A stretch of DNA of 64,000 bases, from positions 1,550,001 through 1,614,000 of the forward strand of contig CDLV01000010.1 in NCBI GenBank assembly GCA_001244265.2, written 5' to 3'. The position numbers and the translations under genes are program-made. This DNA comes from Microbotryum violaceum (taxonomy: Eukaryota). The notes under the pieces are model-generated. The model saw nothing but the letters and a program-made list of their open reading frames with translations. It searched no databases and was not told the origin of the DNA. Shown in pieces: positions 25,857-38,369 of the stretch (within the stretch, counting starts at the first letter, position 1; each line of letters starts with the position of its first letter).

Positions 25857-28800
25857 TTGAGTCCCTCACCGTGTTGACGTTCAACGTCCGATCGATCAAG
25901 AACGCAGTCAACCAAGTCAAAATCATCCGCTATCTCAAAACCCTTCGGCCGGCCCCTGCGGCCATTCTCCTGCAAGAGCACCACCTCAGCTACAACGCGT
26001 TGCGCGAAGGCTTCGAGAGTGCTTGGCCAGGAGCTTGTATTCGTTTCGCACCTCATGTCCTTACCCTTATACCCGATGGCTCACCTCTGGCGGGCCGCCT
26101 CCTCTCCTCTACCCCGGTCGTGTTTGCAGAAGCCCCTCAATTCGACGGTCGGATCCTGCGCTCGGTGTTTCGTCTTGAGGAGCTCGATATCGAGATCATC
26201 AACATGTATGCGCCGGTCAAGGGGAAGAACGTCGCGACTTCTACGGGCTCCTGCACTTCACCGCTCCGGGGCCCAAGACTCTTCGGATCTTGGCCGGCGA
26301 TCTCAATGATTGTCCGGATGTATCGGTCGACCGAGTGGCCATCACCGATCGCGCTTGGACTCCTGTATCGCACTGGCAGACCTTGCTGTCAAAGATCGCA
26401 TTCAACCCACTCGACACGATCCGACAACTCCATCCCATCACCCCGGCATTCACTCGCCCTCACTACCTTGGTAGGGGGACAAACGAGAAATCTGCTCGTG
26501 GTCGCGGATCGATTATATCCTTGTCCAGCGCAGTTGGGCAAACCGGTTGTTGAGCGCTTCCACACTTTTCGATGCGCCCTGCTCGGACCACAGACCTGTA
26601 GTTGCGACTTTCGCATTGCCTACATCGAACGCTGATGCCGAACCCCCCTTTCTCTTCCCTCTACGAGCGATTTCATTTCGAGGCTCAACCCAACGGTCTT
26701 TGACGATCAAGACTTTGTCGCATCGATTCCCGGGGTCGTCGACGAGGTCTATCGAAGGCTCGAGGGGACCGCTCCGCTCGGCGACGTCTATGACGCCGCT
26801 CTGCGGGCGGTTGCAGTCGCTGGCCATGCACGATACCGCTCGACTCGTGCCGACATGCGCCGACTGCGGGCCGAGAACCAATCCGTCATGGAGGCGCTGG
26901 AGGCACGCGGTGAGCATATGAATGAGGCCGAGCGCGATGCGTATGCTCTCGCCAAGTCGCAGTTGGATCAGTTGCCGGTAAAGGAGGCTCAGTGGCTGCG
27001 CATTCGTGCGCATGTGCCGTCAGTCGACTCGAGGGAAGGTCAATCGGCAAGCATTCGCACGCGTCTCAACCGCCGGAGTCGCCAGACGAGCATCGTCTCG
27101 CTGGAGGATGTGGATGGCACCGAGACCGTTGACATGCAGGAGGCGCTGGGTATTGCTTCACGGCACGCACAGTCGCTCTTCACGCCGGACCCAGCTCGTG
27201 GCGACCCGACGAACCCACGTCGGTCCCTGCTCGACCCTATTCGCGCGGCGAAATGCTACGATGACGACCGCTCGGACCCTACGTTCGGTCGTCGGCTGCC
27301 CCTTCAAGCCAGAGTGGCGCTTGACGAGCCCTTCAACCTTTCCGAGGTCGAAGCGGCGTTGAAGAAGACGGATTCAGGGCGATCACCGGGGCCTTCGGGC
27401 ATTCCGTATGAGCTTTTCAAGGCGCTGCCGACCTACTTCGCTCCCAAGCTGTTGGACTTGTTCAACTCGATTTGGGAGGGCGGCAAAATGACGGCGTCCT
27501 TGGCAGAGGGGCTGGTGCGGCTTTTGCCCAAGAACAAACCGGGGGCCAATCTGAAATCACTGGGGGCATATCGACCGCTCACACTGCGCGAGACAACCTA
27601 CAAGGTCCTCAGCAAGGTCTTGGTGGCGCGACTCAATGGGGTGCTCGGCGAGCTTTTGCCGCCGGCGCAACACGGGTTCATGCCATCAAGACGTTCAGCA
27701 GACGCGGGAAGTCATCTCACTCTCCTTCTCGAAAAACTCAAGTCGCTAGGCACTGAAGTTTTCCCCGAGGGCGCCCTCTTGTCCTTGGATCAGCAGAGCG
27801 CGTACGATCGGGTCAATCACGCATGGATCTTCGACGTCTTCGAGGCCTTTGGCTTTGGTGAGCGTTTCATTTCCCTGCTGCGCGCTCTGTACGATCCCGA
27901 GACTCTTGGGGTGCGCTACCTCATCAATGGGTTCCCCACGGAGTTGGTGCGGTTGCTGTGTGGTCTCGGTCAGGGGGATCCCCTCTCGTGCCCGGTTTGG
28001 AACATCACGTTCCAGCCCTTCCTCGACGCCCTCGTTCGGCGCGGGATCGCGCTCGACCTGCAGAAGGTGTGGCCAGGGGGCCGCGTGCGCAGCTTACGCA
28101 TCTGGCGTTTGCCGACGATGCTGTGGTGGTAGTTGAGTCACCGGCGGCATTGTCGAAGCTGGAAACGCTGTCGCAGACGTGGTACGAGGCAACCAACGGG
28201 AAGACCAACACGGACAAGACGCTGGTGCTACCACTCGGACCGAACTGGCTTCGGGACGAGACTGCGCAGGCGCTGCCATCGGTGCAGGAGGGGGAGAGCT
28301 TCAAGTGGTGCGGCTATGCCTTCTTTCGCCATGGTGACTCGAAACTGTTTTGGACCCATGTTCTTGACAGGATCAAGGCCAAGACCCGCGCCGCTGGAGA
28401 CCGGACACTTTCGCCGAGTGGGAAGGTCTTCTATGCCAACGCTCACATCATCTCGACGGTCCTCCACGTGCTGTCCTTCGACATACCGCCTCAATGGTTC
28501 ATTAAGGCGGCGGAGACAGCACTTACGGATTTTGTTTGGGGAGGAGCAGGGCGAAATACCATCGCTCGCGATTTCGTGTTCCAGGCTCGGGAGGACGGTG
28601 GCTTGGGCTTGATTTCAATCGGCGACATCGTTCATTCGGTGGCGCTTCGATTTTGGGATGCTGTGGCGGGCTCGAACGAGGCGATCTGGGCGCCCCTAGC
28701 TCGCGAGAGCTGGAGGTCCCTCGTCGCTGCGACCCGCGATTTCAGTCCATGGGGGTTCTTCAGCAGCACGGCTCGGGTCGAGAAGCTGTATCGCGACTCG

Positions 28801-29850
28801 ACGCGCTGGGGGGCAGTCGTTGCAGCGGCCAGGGTCACAGTTCCAACCATCAAGTCCGAACTCCTTACGCTCCCCGAATTGCTCTCGCTTCCGCCTCGCC
28901 TCCCTTCACTCTATGCTGAAGGTGCCAAGCACGCATATGACGATGCGGACGCAGTGGCGAAGTTTGCGCAGATCGCGGACCTGTACTGGAGGGACGAAGG
29001 GAAGGGCTGGGCTCTGGTTGGTCATCGACGCGGGTTCTGGCAGCACTCTAAGGAACCCGCCCTACAGCACGAGCACGTGTGGTCGCGCGTGGGTCAGTTG
29101 CTCAAGGCGAAAGCCTTGCTGCCCAAGACCGCGTTGCGACCTGCTCGGATACCTCTCAGGGAGGCTCCCCGTCCTCGGTGCTTCAACTTCTTTGGGCTCA
29201 CCCGACCTTTTACGATTCGCAAGCTTCGTCGGCTTGTGAACGTGGTTCGGTTCCCAGGGAGGGAGGATCGTGTCAAGCGTTTCCGTGATGGGACTTCTAA
29301 GAGCGATAGGAAGCGCTTCTGGAGATGGCTTCATGACCGGTTTGCGTCTGCTGTGGAGCAGGACACCCACTGGCGGCTCATGTACGACGTGACGCCGACG
29401 CGCAAGAGGCAGCATACTCAGGGTCATGCCTCTTCGCCGACGTGTCTGTTCTGCGGCAACGATGCAGCGGTCATCGAGACGGTGTCGCACTACTTCTTCG
29501 AGTGCGCGTACTCGACCAGCTTCTGGGGTGGGGTGCTTCGCATTCTGTTCGACAAGCTGGGCATCGAGGATACCGACGTCGATCCGTCGACGTTCACTCC
29601 GGAGCAGCTGACTATGGGGCTCTCCCTTTTGCGGGGTCGTGGGAGAACGACCTCGAGATGGATGTGGGTTCGGCTGGCCTGCGCGATCGGCTTCCAGCGG
29701 CTGCACCTGCTCCGCTGGCGCGTTCATCAGCGGTTCGAGCTGGACAAGGTCGTGGCCCCTCCCTCGCTCCCCAGTGCACTCAGAGCGTTCGAGCGAGATT
29801 TTCTCTCTCGAGCGGGTTTTGTGCCTGGGGCTCGAGATTGGGAGGTGTGA
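25853..29850 (+). pseudogene. LINE-A ORF2: apurinic endonuclease, reverse transcriptase and C-terminal CCHC, several frameshifts
   Basis: TFNVRS, LLQEHH, NMYAP, AGDLND, SDHRPV (APE). SPGPSG, YRPLTLRETTYKVLSK, QHGFMP-R, LDQQSAYDRVNH, GLGQGDPLS, LAFADD (RT). CLFC..SHYFFEC. Confidence 0.92.
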
Positions 29851-30799
29851 TGACCGAGTTAAGTTCTTCCTTCCCATTTTCCTTCCCTCCTTTCCTCCCT
29901 TCTTTTTCGGAGGTCGACTCCTCTTTTAGAAGCTGACTGTCTTGAAACTTGTTGCGCAGTGGAAGGCTGCGCACCTCTCTCTCTCTCTCTCTACTTTGCG
30001 CAGTAGCGGTTTTCGTTCTTGGATGGATCGGCAAGCCAGGTCGATTGTCTTTGCGTTGGAGGCTTTGTGAAGTTTTTCCCTCTCCTTTCCCCCCTTTTTC
30101 CCTTCCCTTCCTCTTCTCGTTCCTGTTGCTCGGTTGTTGACTACGCTTCAGCCACTTCTCCTTTTACTCCTAAGCCGTGTGTTGGATTCCGTTGAATGGT
30201 TCGTTCGTTCGCGTTGGTCAAGATCTACGGCATGGCTCGGGAAGGAAGGTCGCTCGTTTCTGGTCAATATCCTCGCGTCAAGGCGAGGCTCGTTTCGTTG
30301 TACTGGATCGCTTTTCTCTCGGCCCCGACGGCTCAACAGCCAGCACTCGAGATTTAGCCAAGGGAGGACATCAGGCGCTGTCGGGGTGACGAGTAGCTGG
30401 GGCTTGGCTGCGGCCTGTTAGTCCCTGGGGACCTCTACCTCCGGCTTCGACCCACTCCTTTGGCCCCTCGGGTGTGTTCCCCTCCTCTCTGTCTTAGTAT
30501 TCCTGGTTCTCCGTATCCCCAGTCGTGACTTTCTGTATACTCTCTTCCTTCTTTCTCTAGGCGCTCTTGCCTGGTTTTCGAGTATCTTCGCTCCCGCTCT
30601 TGGGACGTGAAGCAGCAGCAGTACTCACCGCCCGTTGGAGTCCGCGTTAGGTGCTCGGCGGGCTTTGATCTGCGCAGCGCTGTTTGCGCGCAGGGGTTTG
30701 ACTTTCACCCAACTGCTTGCTGTCGTTGCTTTATAACCCCTTTAGCCTTTTTGTAGCGGTCCCAGCCAACCCGAAGGATTGCAATTTATGAGCCCCAGT

Positions 30800-30835
<36 letters not shown>

Positions 30836-30908
30836 TCACTTCACTTCACTTCAAAATCGCCCTACCGCAGTCTTCGATACTCGAGTTAACAAGTGATACA
30901 CCGACAAG

Positions 30909-33323
30909 ATGTCTACAGGAGACCCTGGGTCCCCACCGTCGGCACCGCCACCAGCGTCCAGCCACCCCGCGACCAGATCCCGATAAGCTCGAAGAAGACG
31001 CAAGCCACGGGCCCCGCCACCGCCGCACCCAACTATGCCGCCGCTGCGAGTCAGGCGACTCAGTGACCTGGGCGACTCAGAGTCAGGCGACTCAGAGTCA
31101 GGCGACTCAGAGTCAGGCGACTCAGAGTCAGGCGACTCAGAGTCAGGCGACTCAGAGTCAGGCGACTCAGAGTCAGGCGACTCAGAGTCAGGCGACTCAG
31201 AGTCAGGCGACTCAGAGTCAGGCGACTCAGAGTCAGGCGACTCAGTCACCTGACCAACAGCAACAACAACAACAGCGTGCCAAGGCTCTGGGCAGCCTCC
31301 TAAAAGCCATGGGTGCTGTACCCGGAAACCGCATGGATCGTTGGGTCCAGGCCATCTACTTCGCCGAACTCTACCCCGTCGCCACCGCCACATCGCTGAA
31401 ATTCTCGGCCTTGAACGCGAACCGGTCTGTCGAGAACATCTTTGATTACGCCCTTGAAGTGACTCTGTCTCACCAGAGCGCCTCGCGAGCGTCTCATGCC
31501 GACAAGACCGATCTCGTGGCCTGCGTCACGAGGCTGTTATCGCCGATCTCTCCTATCTGCTTTGAGCCTGGAGTTCCTCTGCCGGACCACCTTGCAGCCT
31601 ATCGACCACAGATCCTAGGCGTACAACATTCATCAATTCTGCGTAATGGGGCGGCTCACCATCGCGTTACGGTTGGGTTCGTCACCGGCGAGGCACGTGA
31701 CGCTGCGCTTACGACGCCCCCTGCTCTCACTTGGCGATCGGCGAAGGCCCGCTTCGCGAAATCTCACAGGTTCCACCATAACATGGTCGAGCTTCGAATC
31801 AACGTCGGTGTTCAAGGAGTGCCTTCCATGGATGCCATCATAAAATCGTTCCAATTACTAGTGCAGGACTTGTCAGGCAAGGGACATTCGTGCCAACTTG
31901 TGCAGGTTCTGCGCATTATCAGCGTGGACAACGCCTCGGCCTTTGCCCACGTTGCCGGAGACTACTCAGCTTTCCTACACTTCGATGACGACTCCCTGTT
32001 CAAACGCCCTAACACGACCTTGAAAGAGATCCTACCTTCGAGAATCGGCCTTCCCACTCGAGGCATCCCCGTCACCGCCCTTCGCCATGACTATGAGAAG
32101 GAGGCGGCTTGCGGTAGGTGCCACTTCGTTGGTCACGTGGGAACCTGCGGACTGGATCAGGAGAGCAAGCGAAAGGAGGCTCACAACGGCAACGGCAACG
32201 GCAACACCAACGCCAACAAGAACACCATCACCAACGACACCAACATTGCGGAGGCCGAGGCCCCCATTCCTGTGCCGGTTGTTAACAGGATCGCATCACA
32301 GAATCGCTTCGCCGGGCTCGAGGTTGAGGAGGGACAGGAGGAAGCGGTAACTGGCCAGAGCGGACAGGGGCCAGAGGAATCGGGGAGGAGGACGCTGGTG
32401 ATAAGGCGGATGACGAGGACTCGGAGGACTCGGAGATGGAATCAGAGGCGACTGTGAAAACGGAGGTCATCAAACTTAAGAGCGAGGACGAGTCGGTTTT
32501 AGTGGACTGCGGAGGATCCGATGGAGAGGTGATTGATGAGGATGAGGTGATGGCGGATGGAAGGGGCGAAACAGAAGGCAAGGTGGCGACGGAGATGGAG
32601 GAAAGGGAGGTGGCGACGGAGGTGGACGATGTGGACGAGGCAGGGGGAGCGACGAAAGCGGAGAACGCGGAAGCGACGGACTTAGGGGAGACGAACAGGC
32701 TGGACAATGACGACGACAGCGACGCAACCGCAACCGCCGCCACCGCTTCCCGCGAAACGACACCCCACGAACCAACCCCACCTTTGTCACCCGAAACTCT
32801 TGCCAAGTCGCTTCGCGAGGGGGAGGAGTGGGACAGGATCAGAGCTAACTGGGTTGAGCAGGCACGACTCGAGCGGGACCAAAGCATCGAGAGGAGGCTC
32901 GACGCTGAAACCCCTTTGGTGCGTCACAACTTTGCCACGTGGGATGAGGACGGTGAGATACGTTCCATCAATATCAGGGGGACCGCTTCGAAGTTCAAAA
33001 AGCCGGTAATGAAGAGGTCGCAGACTGCGGCGGACCTCAGTGACCCGAGTGACGAACCGACCGACGCCAAGCGAGTGATCATCAAAGGGAAGAGCCGCGT
33101 CGTTGTCAAGGATGGAACAGAGGGGCGGAGGGTGACGAGGTCGATGTCAGCGGCGGCGGCGATGCCGGTTGGCGTGACGAAAGTGGACCGAGGGAAAGCA
33201 AAGGGGGTAGCCGAGGAGAAAAGATGGTCCGACCACGAGCCCGAGGACGATGTCCTGCCCGCCCTCCCCCTCTTTGAGGACGTCACCACCGCCAAGAGCG
33301 CTTCGACCTCAACTACCCATTAA
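30909..33323 (+). pseudogene. LINE-B ORF1, frameshifted, with SQATQ repeat and acidic region
   Basis: ORF pieces 31063-32457 and 32436-33323. [19 protein letters not shown] parallels LINE-A LRHEFETHYCAVCDRAGH. RRVTR near the C-terminus. TAATG stop/start overlap with ORF2. Confidence 0.75.
31049..31245 (+). repeat. 15-bp minisatellite AGTCAGGCGACTCAG (11 perfect tandem units at 31081-31245, plus an upstream copy and a partial unit)
   Basis: Counted directly. Encodes (SQATQ)n in the ORF1 frame. Confidence 0.95.
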
Positions 33324-36300
33324 TGATTAAGCACACCATCATCACCTGGAACGTGAGGAGGGGCATGGGGGTCCCGGAGAAACGACGTGACATTTACGAC
33401 TACCTATCCCTTTTCAAAGCATCGGCCATTCTCATACAAGAGCACTTCATCAGACCGCACCTCTGGCAACTCATCAAGGACGAGTACGAGGGCAAGCTCT
33501 TCATCAACCAACATTGCCTGACTCTAATTCCGGCTGACTCCCCCCTGATCGACGCCGAGCTCTTGCGCACCCACTCGGCACTCGACGGCCGGCTCCTCGT
33601 CACGTCCTTTCGACTGCGGGGCGACATCAAAATTCTAGAAATCAACAACGTTTACGCGCCCGTTGACCCAAAGCAACGAGCGAAATTCTTTGACAAACTC
33701 TTATTTCACAAAACACAGAAATCCCACCTCCGACTCCTTGGCGGTGATCTCAACGACTGCCCGCGCCCAGAAGTCGATCGGCGGAACCAAAGTCGGCGCG
33801 GCCACCACTGGCCAATCCTGATCGGCAAGCTCGACTCGGCCTACACGGACTGCATCCGCTACAAACACCCCATCACCCCATCCTTCACTCGACCTAATCC
33901 CAATCGCAAGCGACCCAACTCCTTCTCCCGGCTTGACTACTTTCTCCTGCAACGGACACACCAAAAAAGACTCGATCAGGCCTCGACGATCTACGACTAT
34001 CCCAAGGAGCTTTCCGATCACCGACCGGTCTTGATTGTGCTGGCTCTCTCAGACGATCCTGATGCGACCCTCCCACAGCTCAGCCTACCTACCACATCAA
34101 ACCAACTACATCGAATCAACACCACAACCTTTAAGACGGTGGAATTCCAGCGGATGATGGAAGGATGGTTGGAAGGGGCAAGCGGAGAGGAACCGGTGGG
34201 GGAGCTCGAGGTCATTCTGAAGGCGTGCAGGGATAGGGGTGGGGAGATGGCGAGGAGGTTGCATCGGGAGCGGACGGAACGGATGGAGTATTTGGTGGGG
34301 AGGGTGCAGGATCTGGAGGCGATACCGGAATGGGGGAGGCGGAAACGGCAGAATGGACAAGGACGTCCGAGGAACTCAAGCGGGCGGTCGAGGAGCGCGC
34401 GCGCCTACTCCGGATCCGAGCCCACGTACCCGAGATCGCCTCCGAGGAACGACTGTCGCGGCCGGTCCACGCCAAGCTCGCGGCGCGGAACTCGGACTCC
34501 AAGATCACAGCACTGCGCTTGAGCAACGGAGAGCTAACGCATGACATTGATGTCGCTCTTGACCACACGCAGGCGCATTTCCAGCGCCTCTACCGCATCG
34601 AGCCTCGTGACCCGGACCGCGTCGACCGACTTCGGGACGAATTCCTCGCGCCGATCAGGGCGGCGCGGACTTGCGACGACCCGCGCTCGGATCCTCTCTT
34701 TCTGCGCCGACTCTCGGAATCGCAGCTCGACTTACTCCAGCGACCAATCACCGAGGACGAGGTCGTGGCCGCGATCGGGACGACGCACCCGGGGCGATCG
34801 CCGGGACCGTCGGGCGTGCCCTACGAACTCTACCAGACCGCACCCAAGGCGTGGGCCAAGGTGCTGACCAAGGCCTACAACACGATGATAGAGCGAGGCT
34901 CACTCTCTCCCAAGCAGGGCCAAGGACTCGTGCGCCTCATCTTCAAGCGACACAAGAAGAATGCCGATCGCGCCGAACTTTCGTCGTACCGGCCGATCAC
35001 CCTGCGCGAGTGCGATTACAAGATCTTTACCAAGGTCTATGTCGCCCGTTTGAACCAGATTCTACCCGATCTCCTCCCGCCGCAGCAGCACGGATTCGTC
35101 AAGGACCGCCGATCGGCTGACGCTGCACTACACCTTCGTCTCCTGATCGAGGAAGTTGGCGCGCGCAGGACCGAGTTCCCCGCGGCCGCACTCTTATCTC
35201 TTGACCAATCGTCCGCCTACGACCTCGTCGAGCATGACTGGATCTTTGCCATCTTTGACGCTCTGGGCGCTCCTGCCACCTTTCTTCGCGTGCTGAGGAT
35301 GCTCTACTCGGGTGACTCGACCTCGGCCCGCTACATCATCAATGGGTTCTTGACGGCGCCGGTACGACTGACGTGTGGGCTCGGCCAAGGGGACCCGGCG
35401 TCGTCGTCGGTCTGGGACATCGTGTTTCAGCCGTTTCTGGATGCTCTACACCGTCGAAACATCGCGCTGAATCTCTCCATACCTGCACTTCATCCGTACC
35501 CACAGATCCGCGCCATTACATCGCTTGCTTTTGCCGATGACGTTGTCGTCGCCGTCGCGGGCTTGGGGTCACTCAACTTGCTCGATGACCTGGCGCTCGA
35601 CTGGAGGCATGCAACGAATGGCCGGCTCAACACGGACAAGACGGTCGTCCTACCGATCGGACGCCGCTGGGACCCGGGGCAACGCCCGCTCGTCGTCAAG
35701 GCCGCAGGCGAGTCGCTCGAGTGGATCGGCCTCCCCTTCGACCCGAGCGGCGACACCGAACTCGCCTACGCGAATCTCATCGAACGCCTCGAGGCGACGC
35801 TGGAAGGGGTTCAGCATCGCTGGCTCACACACCACACCCGTGCCTTTTACGTCAATCGGTACGCCATCCCCAAGATCCTGCACTTCCTTGCAGCCGACAT
35901 CTCGCCGCCCGAAGTCGTCAAGAAGCTCGATGACATGCTCGTCGATTTCGTCCGTGGGGGCAAGGGCAGGACCAGCTACGGCAGAGATATCGTGTTCACA
36001 GCCAAGCTCAAGGGGGGACTCGGGTGATCAGGATGCAGGACGTCGTGGACGCGGTTGCGGCACGGATCTGGGACGTTCTTCTCGGCGGTTCGGGCGCGAT
36101 CTGGCAAGGACTTGCGCGCGCGGCACTCCAGCGAGCTCAGTCCGACCTCGACCTGGCCACCGATCTCTGGCCACATCCATCCACTTCCATCCCCAGCGAC
36201 CTCCATCCCCGATGGCGAGCAGCTTTGGGGGTTCCGAAACAGCAAGACGCGCAGGTCAACCCGAGGACCTTGACCACCGCGAACCTGCTCGCGCTTCCCA

Positions 36301-37339
36301 CCTTGCTCGGCAGCCTCCACACCCCCATCAGAGGGAGACAGACCATCGACGCGGTTCATATACCTGACTACCTTCGTCTCCAGGGCTACCCGAAGGTGGC
36401 GGATCTTTACCGGCGCGAGTTGTATGCGGGTGGGGGGTTTCACCTTTGGACGCCGCCGGCGGATGTGCTCGGCGACAACAGCGAGTACGATCGACGCGGG
36501 CTCCCGCAGCGACTGGCAATCGCGGCCTGGTACCGGTTCACTGTCGATCGACACAAGAACACGCCCTTGGCGGTGGCGGTGGCGGCAGGACGGCTCAACG
36601 TGCCTCCCCGGATCGGCACCAGCGCACCACTCGAGGCGATTCTCCCCAAGCCCGTGGCCCGCTTCGCAATGGAGCAGCGCCTTCCGGACCCGGTGCTTCC
36701 ACAGCAGGCGAGCCAGTACAAGCTGCTGAACATGGCTCGACCGTACACCATCCGTCGCATCCGCCGGGTCCTGAACGCGAAGGCCTTTACCAACACGCTC
36801 GGGCTCAAGGGACCACCGCAGCCGGACGACCTCAGGAGCTTTTGGAAGGCGGTCAACTCGAAGGCACTGACGGCGAGGGAGAGGGAAGTTTGGTTCAAGC
36901 TGATTCTCCGCTTCACCCCGACGCGCAAGCTGCAACACCAACAGAATCACGACACTTCTCCGCGTGCCTCGTCTGCGAAGCGCCGGTGGACGACACCGAC
37001 CACTACTTTTTCGACTGCGTTGACTCTGGGAACGTTTGGATAGCGGCAAGGAGCGTGCTCTGCGACGCACTGGGGCTCGACACGATCGACAACACGCATT
37101 ACACGGCTGTTCAACGCATGTTCGGACTTCCGAAGCTCAAGGCCAGTCTACGCGATCAAGAAGGAGCGGGGAGGACGATCGAAATATTCACCGGGCTGGT
37201 CTTGGAGATGATCAGCAGCGGGAGGTGGGGGATGCAGAAGTGGGGGACGAGGATGGAGGGTGTTGGGAGGAGGAGGATCATCTTGGAGGAGAGGTTGAAG
37301 CTGAGGGCGGGAGGAGCTTGGGGGAGGAGAGGGCAGTAG
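33323..37339 (+). pseudogene. LINE-B ORF2 (APE-RT-CCHC), frameshifts at ~34330, ~36020 and ~36960
   Basis: [103 protein letters not shown]. Confidence 0.92.
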
Positions 37340-38004
37340 AGGCTGGGTTCGACTTTCCCCCCACCACCACTACACACACACACACACACCAAATTCTCGT
37401 GACATCATTTTCTCCTACTGTACACTAAATAGATCGCTTTCATCTTTCATTTGTTACAGGTTCATCGTTGCGGATCATGGACCATCTCGCGATTTGGCGT
37501 CGACTCGGTGTGGCTCGCGCTCTTCGGCTTCGGGGTTCTGAGTCAAGGGAGGGATCAGCGGACACAGGCAGAAAGTCGGCTTTGAGGGGCCAGGGACTGC
37601 CGATGGGGGAGGTTTTGAGGGACCTTCACCGCGTCTTGTTGTGACTGAGCAGAGACTTGGAGCGTCGAGGGTCGTGGTGGTTGCGCAGTCGTGCTCTTAT
37701 CTTCGTCTCGACCGAGTGGGAAGTGGCTGTGGGGTGGGCCTTCTGTCGTTAGTACATTTCTTTTCTTTCTTTTTCTCTTCATCTCTCTTTCTCTCTCTCA
37801 TTAGTCTCCGGGGGGGAGCAACCGCTTGGCTAGGGCATTTGAATCCGAATCTCGGATTGGTGGACTTGGCTCGTTTCTCGCACTTTTGCGGGCGGTTTGT
37901 GTTATCATCGTAGTCTTCCATCTAGTTTTTTCCGTAGGCCAAATAGGGGGAACATGAATTGGGGGCAATATGATGAACAGTTTCTACAAAAAAAAAAAAA
38001 ACAT

Positions 38005-38369
38005 AGCAGAGACTTGGAGCGTCGAGGGTCGTGGTGGTTGCGCAGTCGTGCTCTTGTCTTCGTCTCGACCGAGTGGGAAGTGGCTGTGGGGTGGGCCTTC
38101 TGTCGTTAGTACATTTCTTTTCTTTCTTTTTTCTCTTCATCTCTCTTTCTCTCTCTCATTAATCTCCTGGGGGGAGCAACCGCTTGGCTAGGGCATTTGA
38201 ATCCGAATCTCGGATTGGTGGACTTGGCTCGTTTCTCGCACTTTTGCGGGCGGTTTGTGTTATCATCGTAGTCTTCCATCTAGTTTTTCCGTAGTCCAAT
38301 CAGGGGAACAGGAATCGGGGGCAATATGATGAACGGTTTCCACACAAAAAAAAGAAAAAGAAAGAAAGA
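38005..38369 (+). mobile_element. 5'-truncated LINE-B-family copy (3' UTR only) with interrupted A-rich tail
   Basis: Closely matches 37648-37987, with substitutions and indels near the 3' end. Tail AAAAAAAAGAAAAAGAAAGAAAGA. Confidence 0.85.

Larger units (their letters stand above)
24057..30833 (+). mobile_element. LINE-A: near full-length L1/Tx1-clade non-LTR retrotransposon with A33 tail
   Basis: ORF1, ORF2 (APE-RT-CCHC), ~950-nt 3' UTR and poly(A) at 30801-30833. Confidence 0.92.
30834..38001 (+). mobile_element. LINE-B: second, divergent L1/Tx1-clade element, starting with (CTTCA)4 right after the LINE-A tail and ending in A14
   Basis: ORF1 with [16 protein letters not shown]2 APE-RT-CCHC, 3' UTR and poly(A) at 37988-38001. 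Confidence 0.92.

Noticed and set aside
31049-31245. CRISPR-like array
   Set aside because: Units are contiguous with no spacers, lie inside a LINE ORF1, and the genome is eukaryotic.
25200-36970. Programmed frameshifting in the LINE ORFs
   Set aside because: Shifts are numerous, at non-homologous positions in the two elements, and often in homopolymer runs. Decay or sequencing indels explain them better.
37648-38345. Assembly duplication or LTR pair at the end of LINE-B
   Set aside because: The copies differ by several substitutions and indels and each has its own A tail, which fits an independent 5'-truncated insertion.
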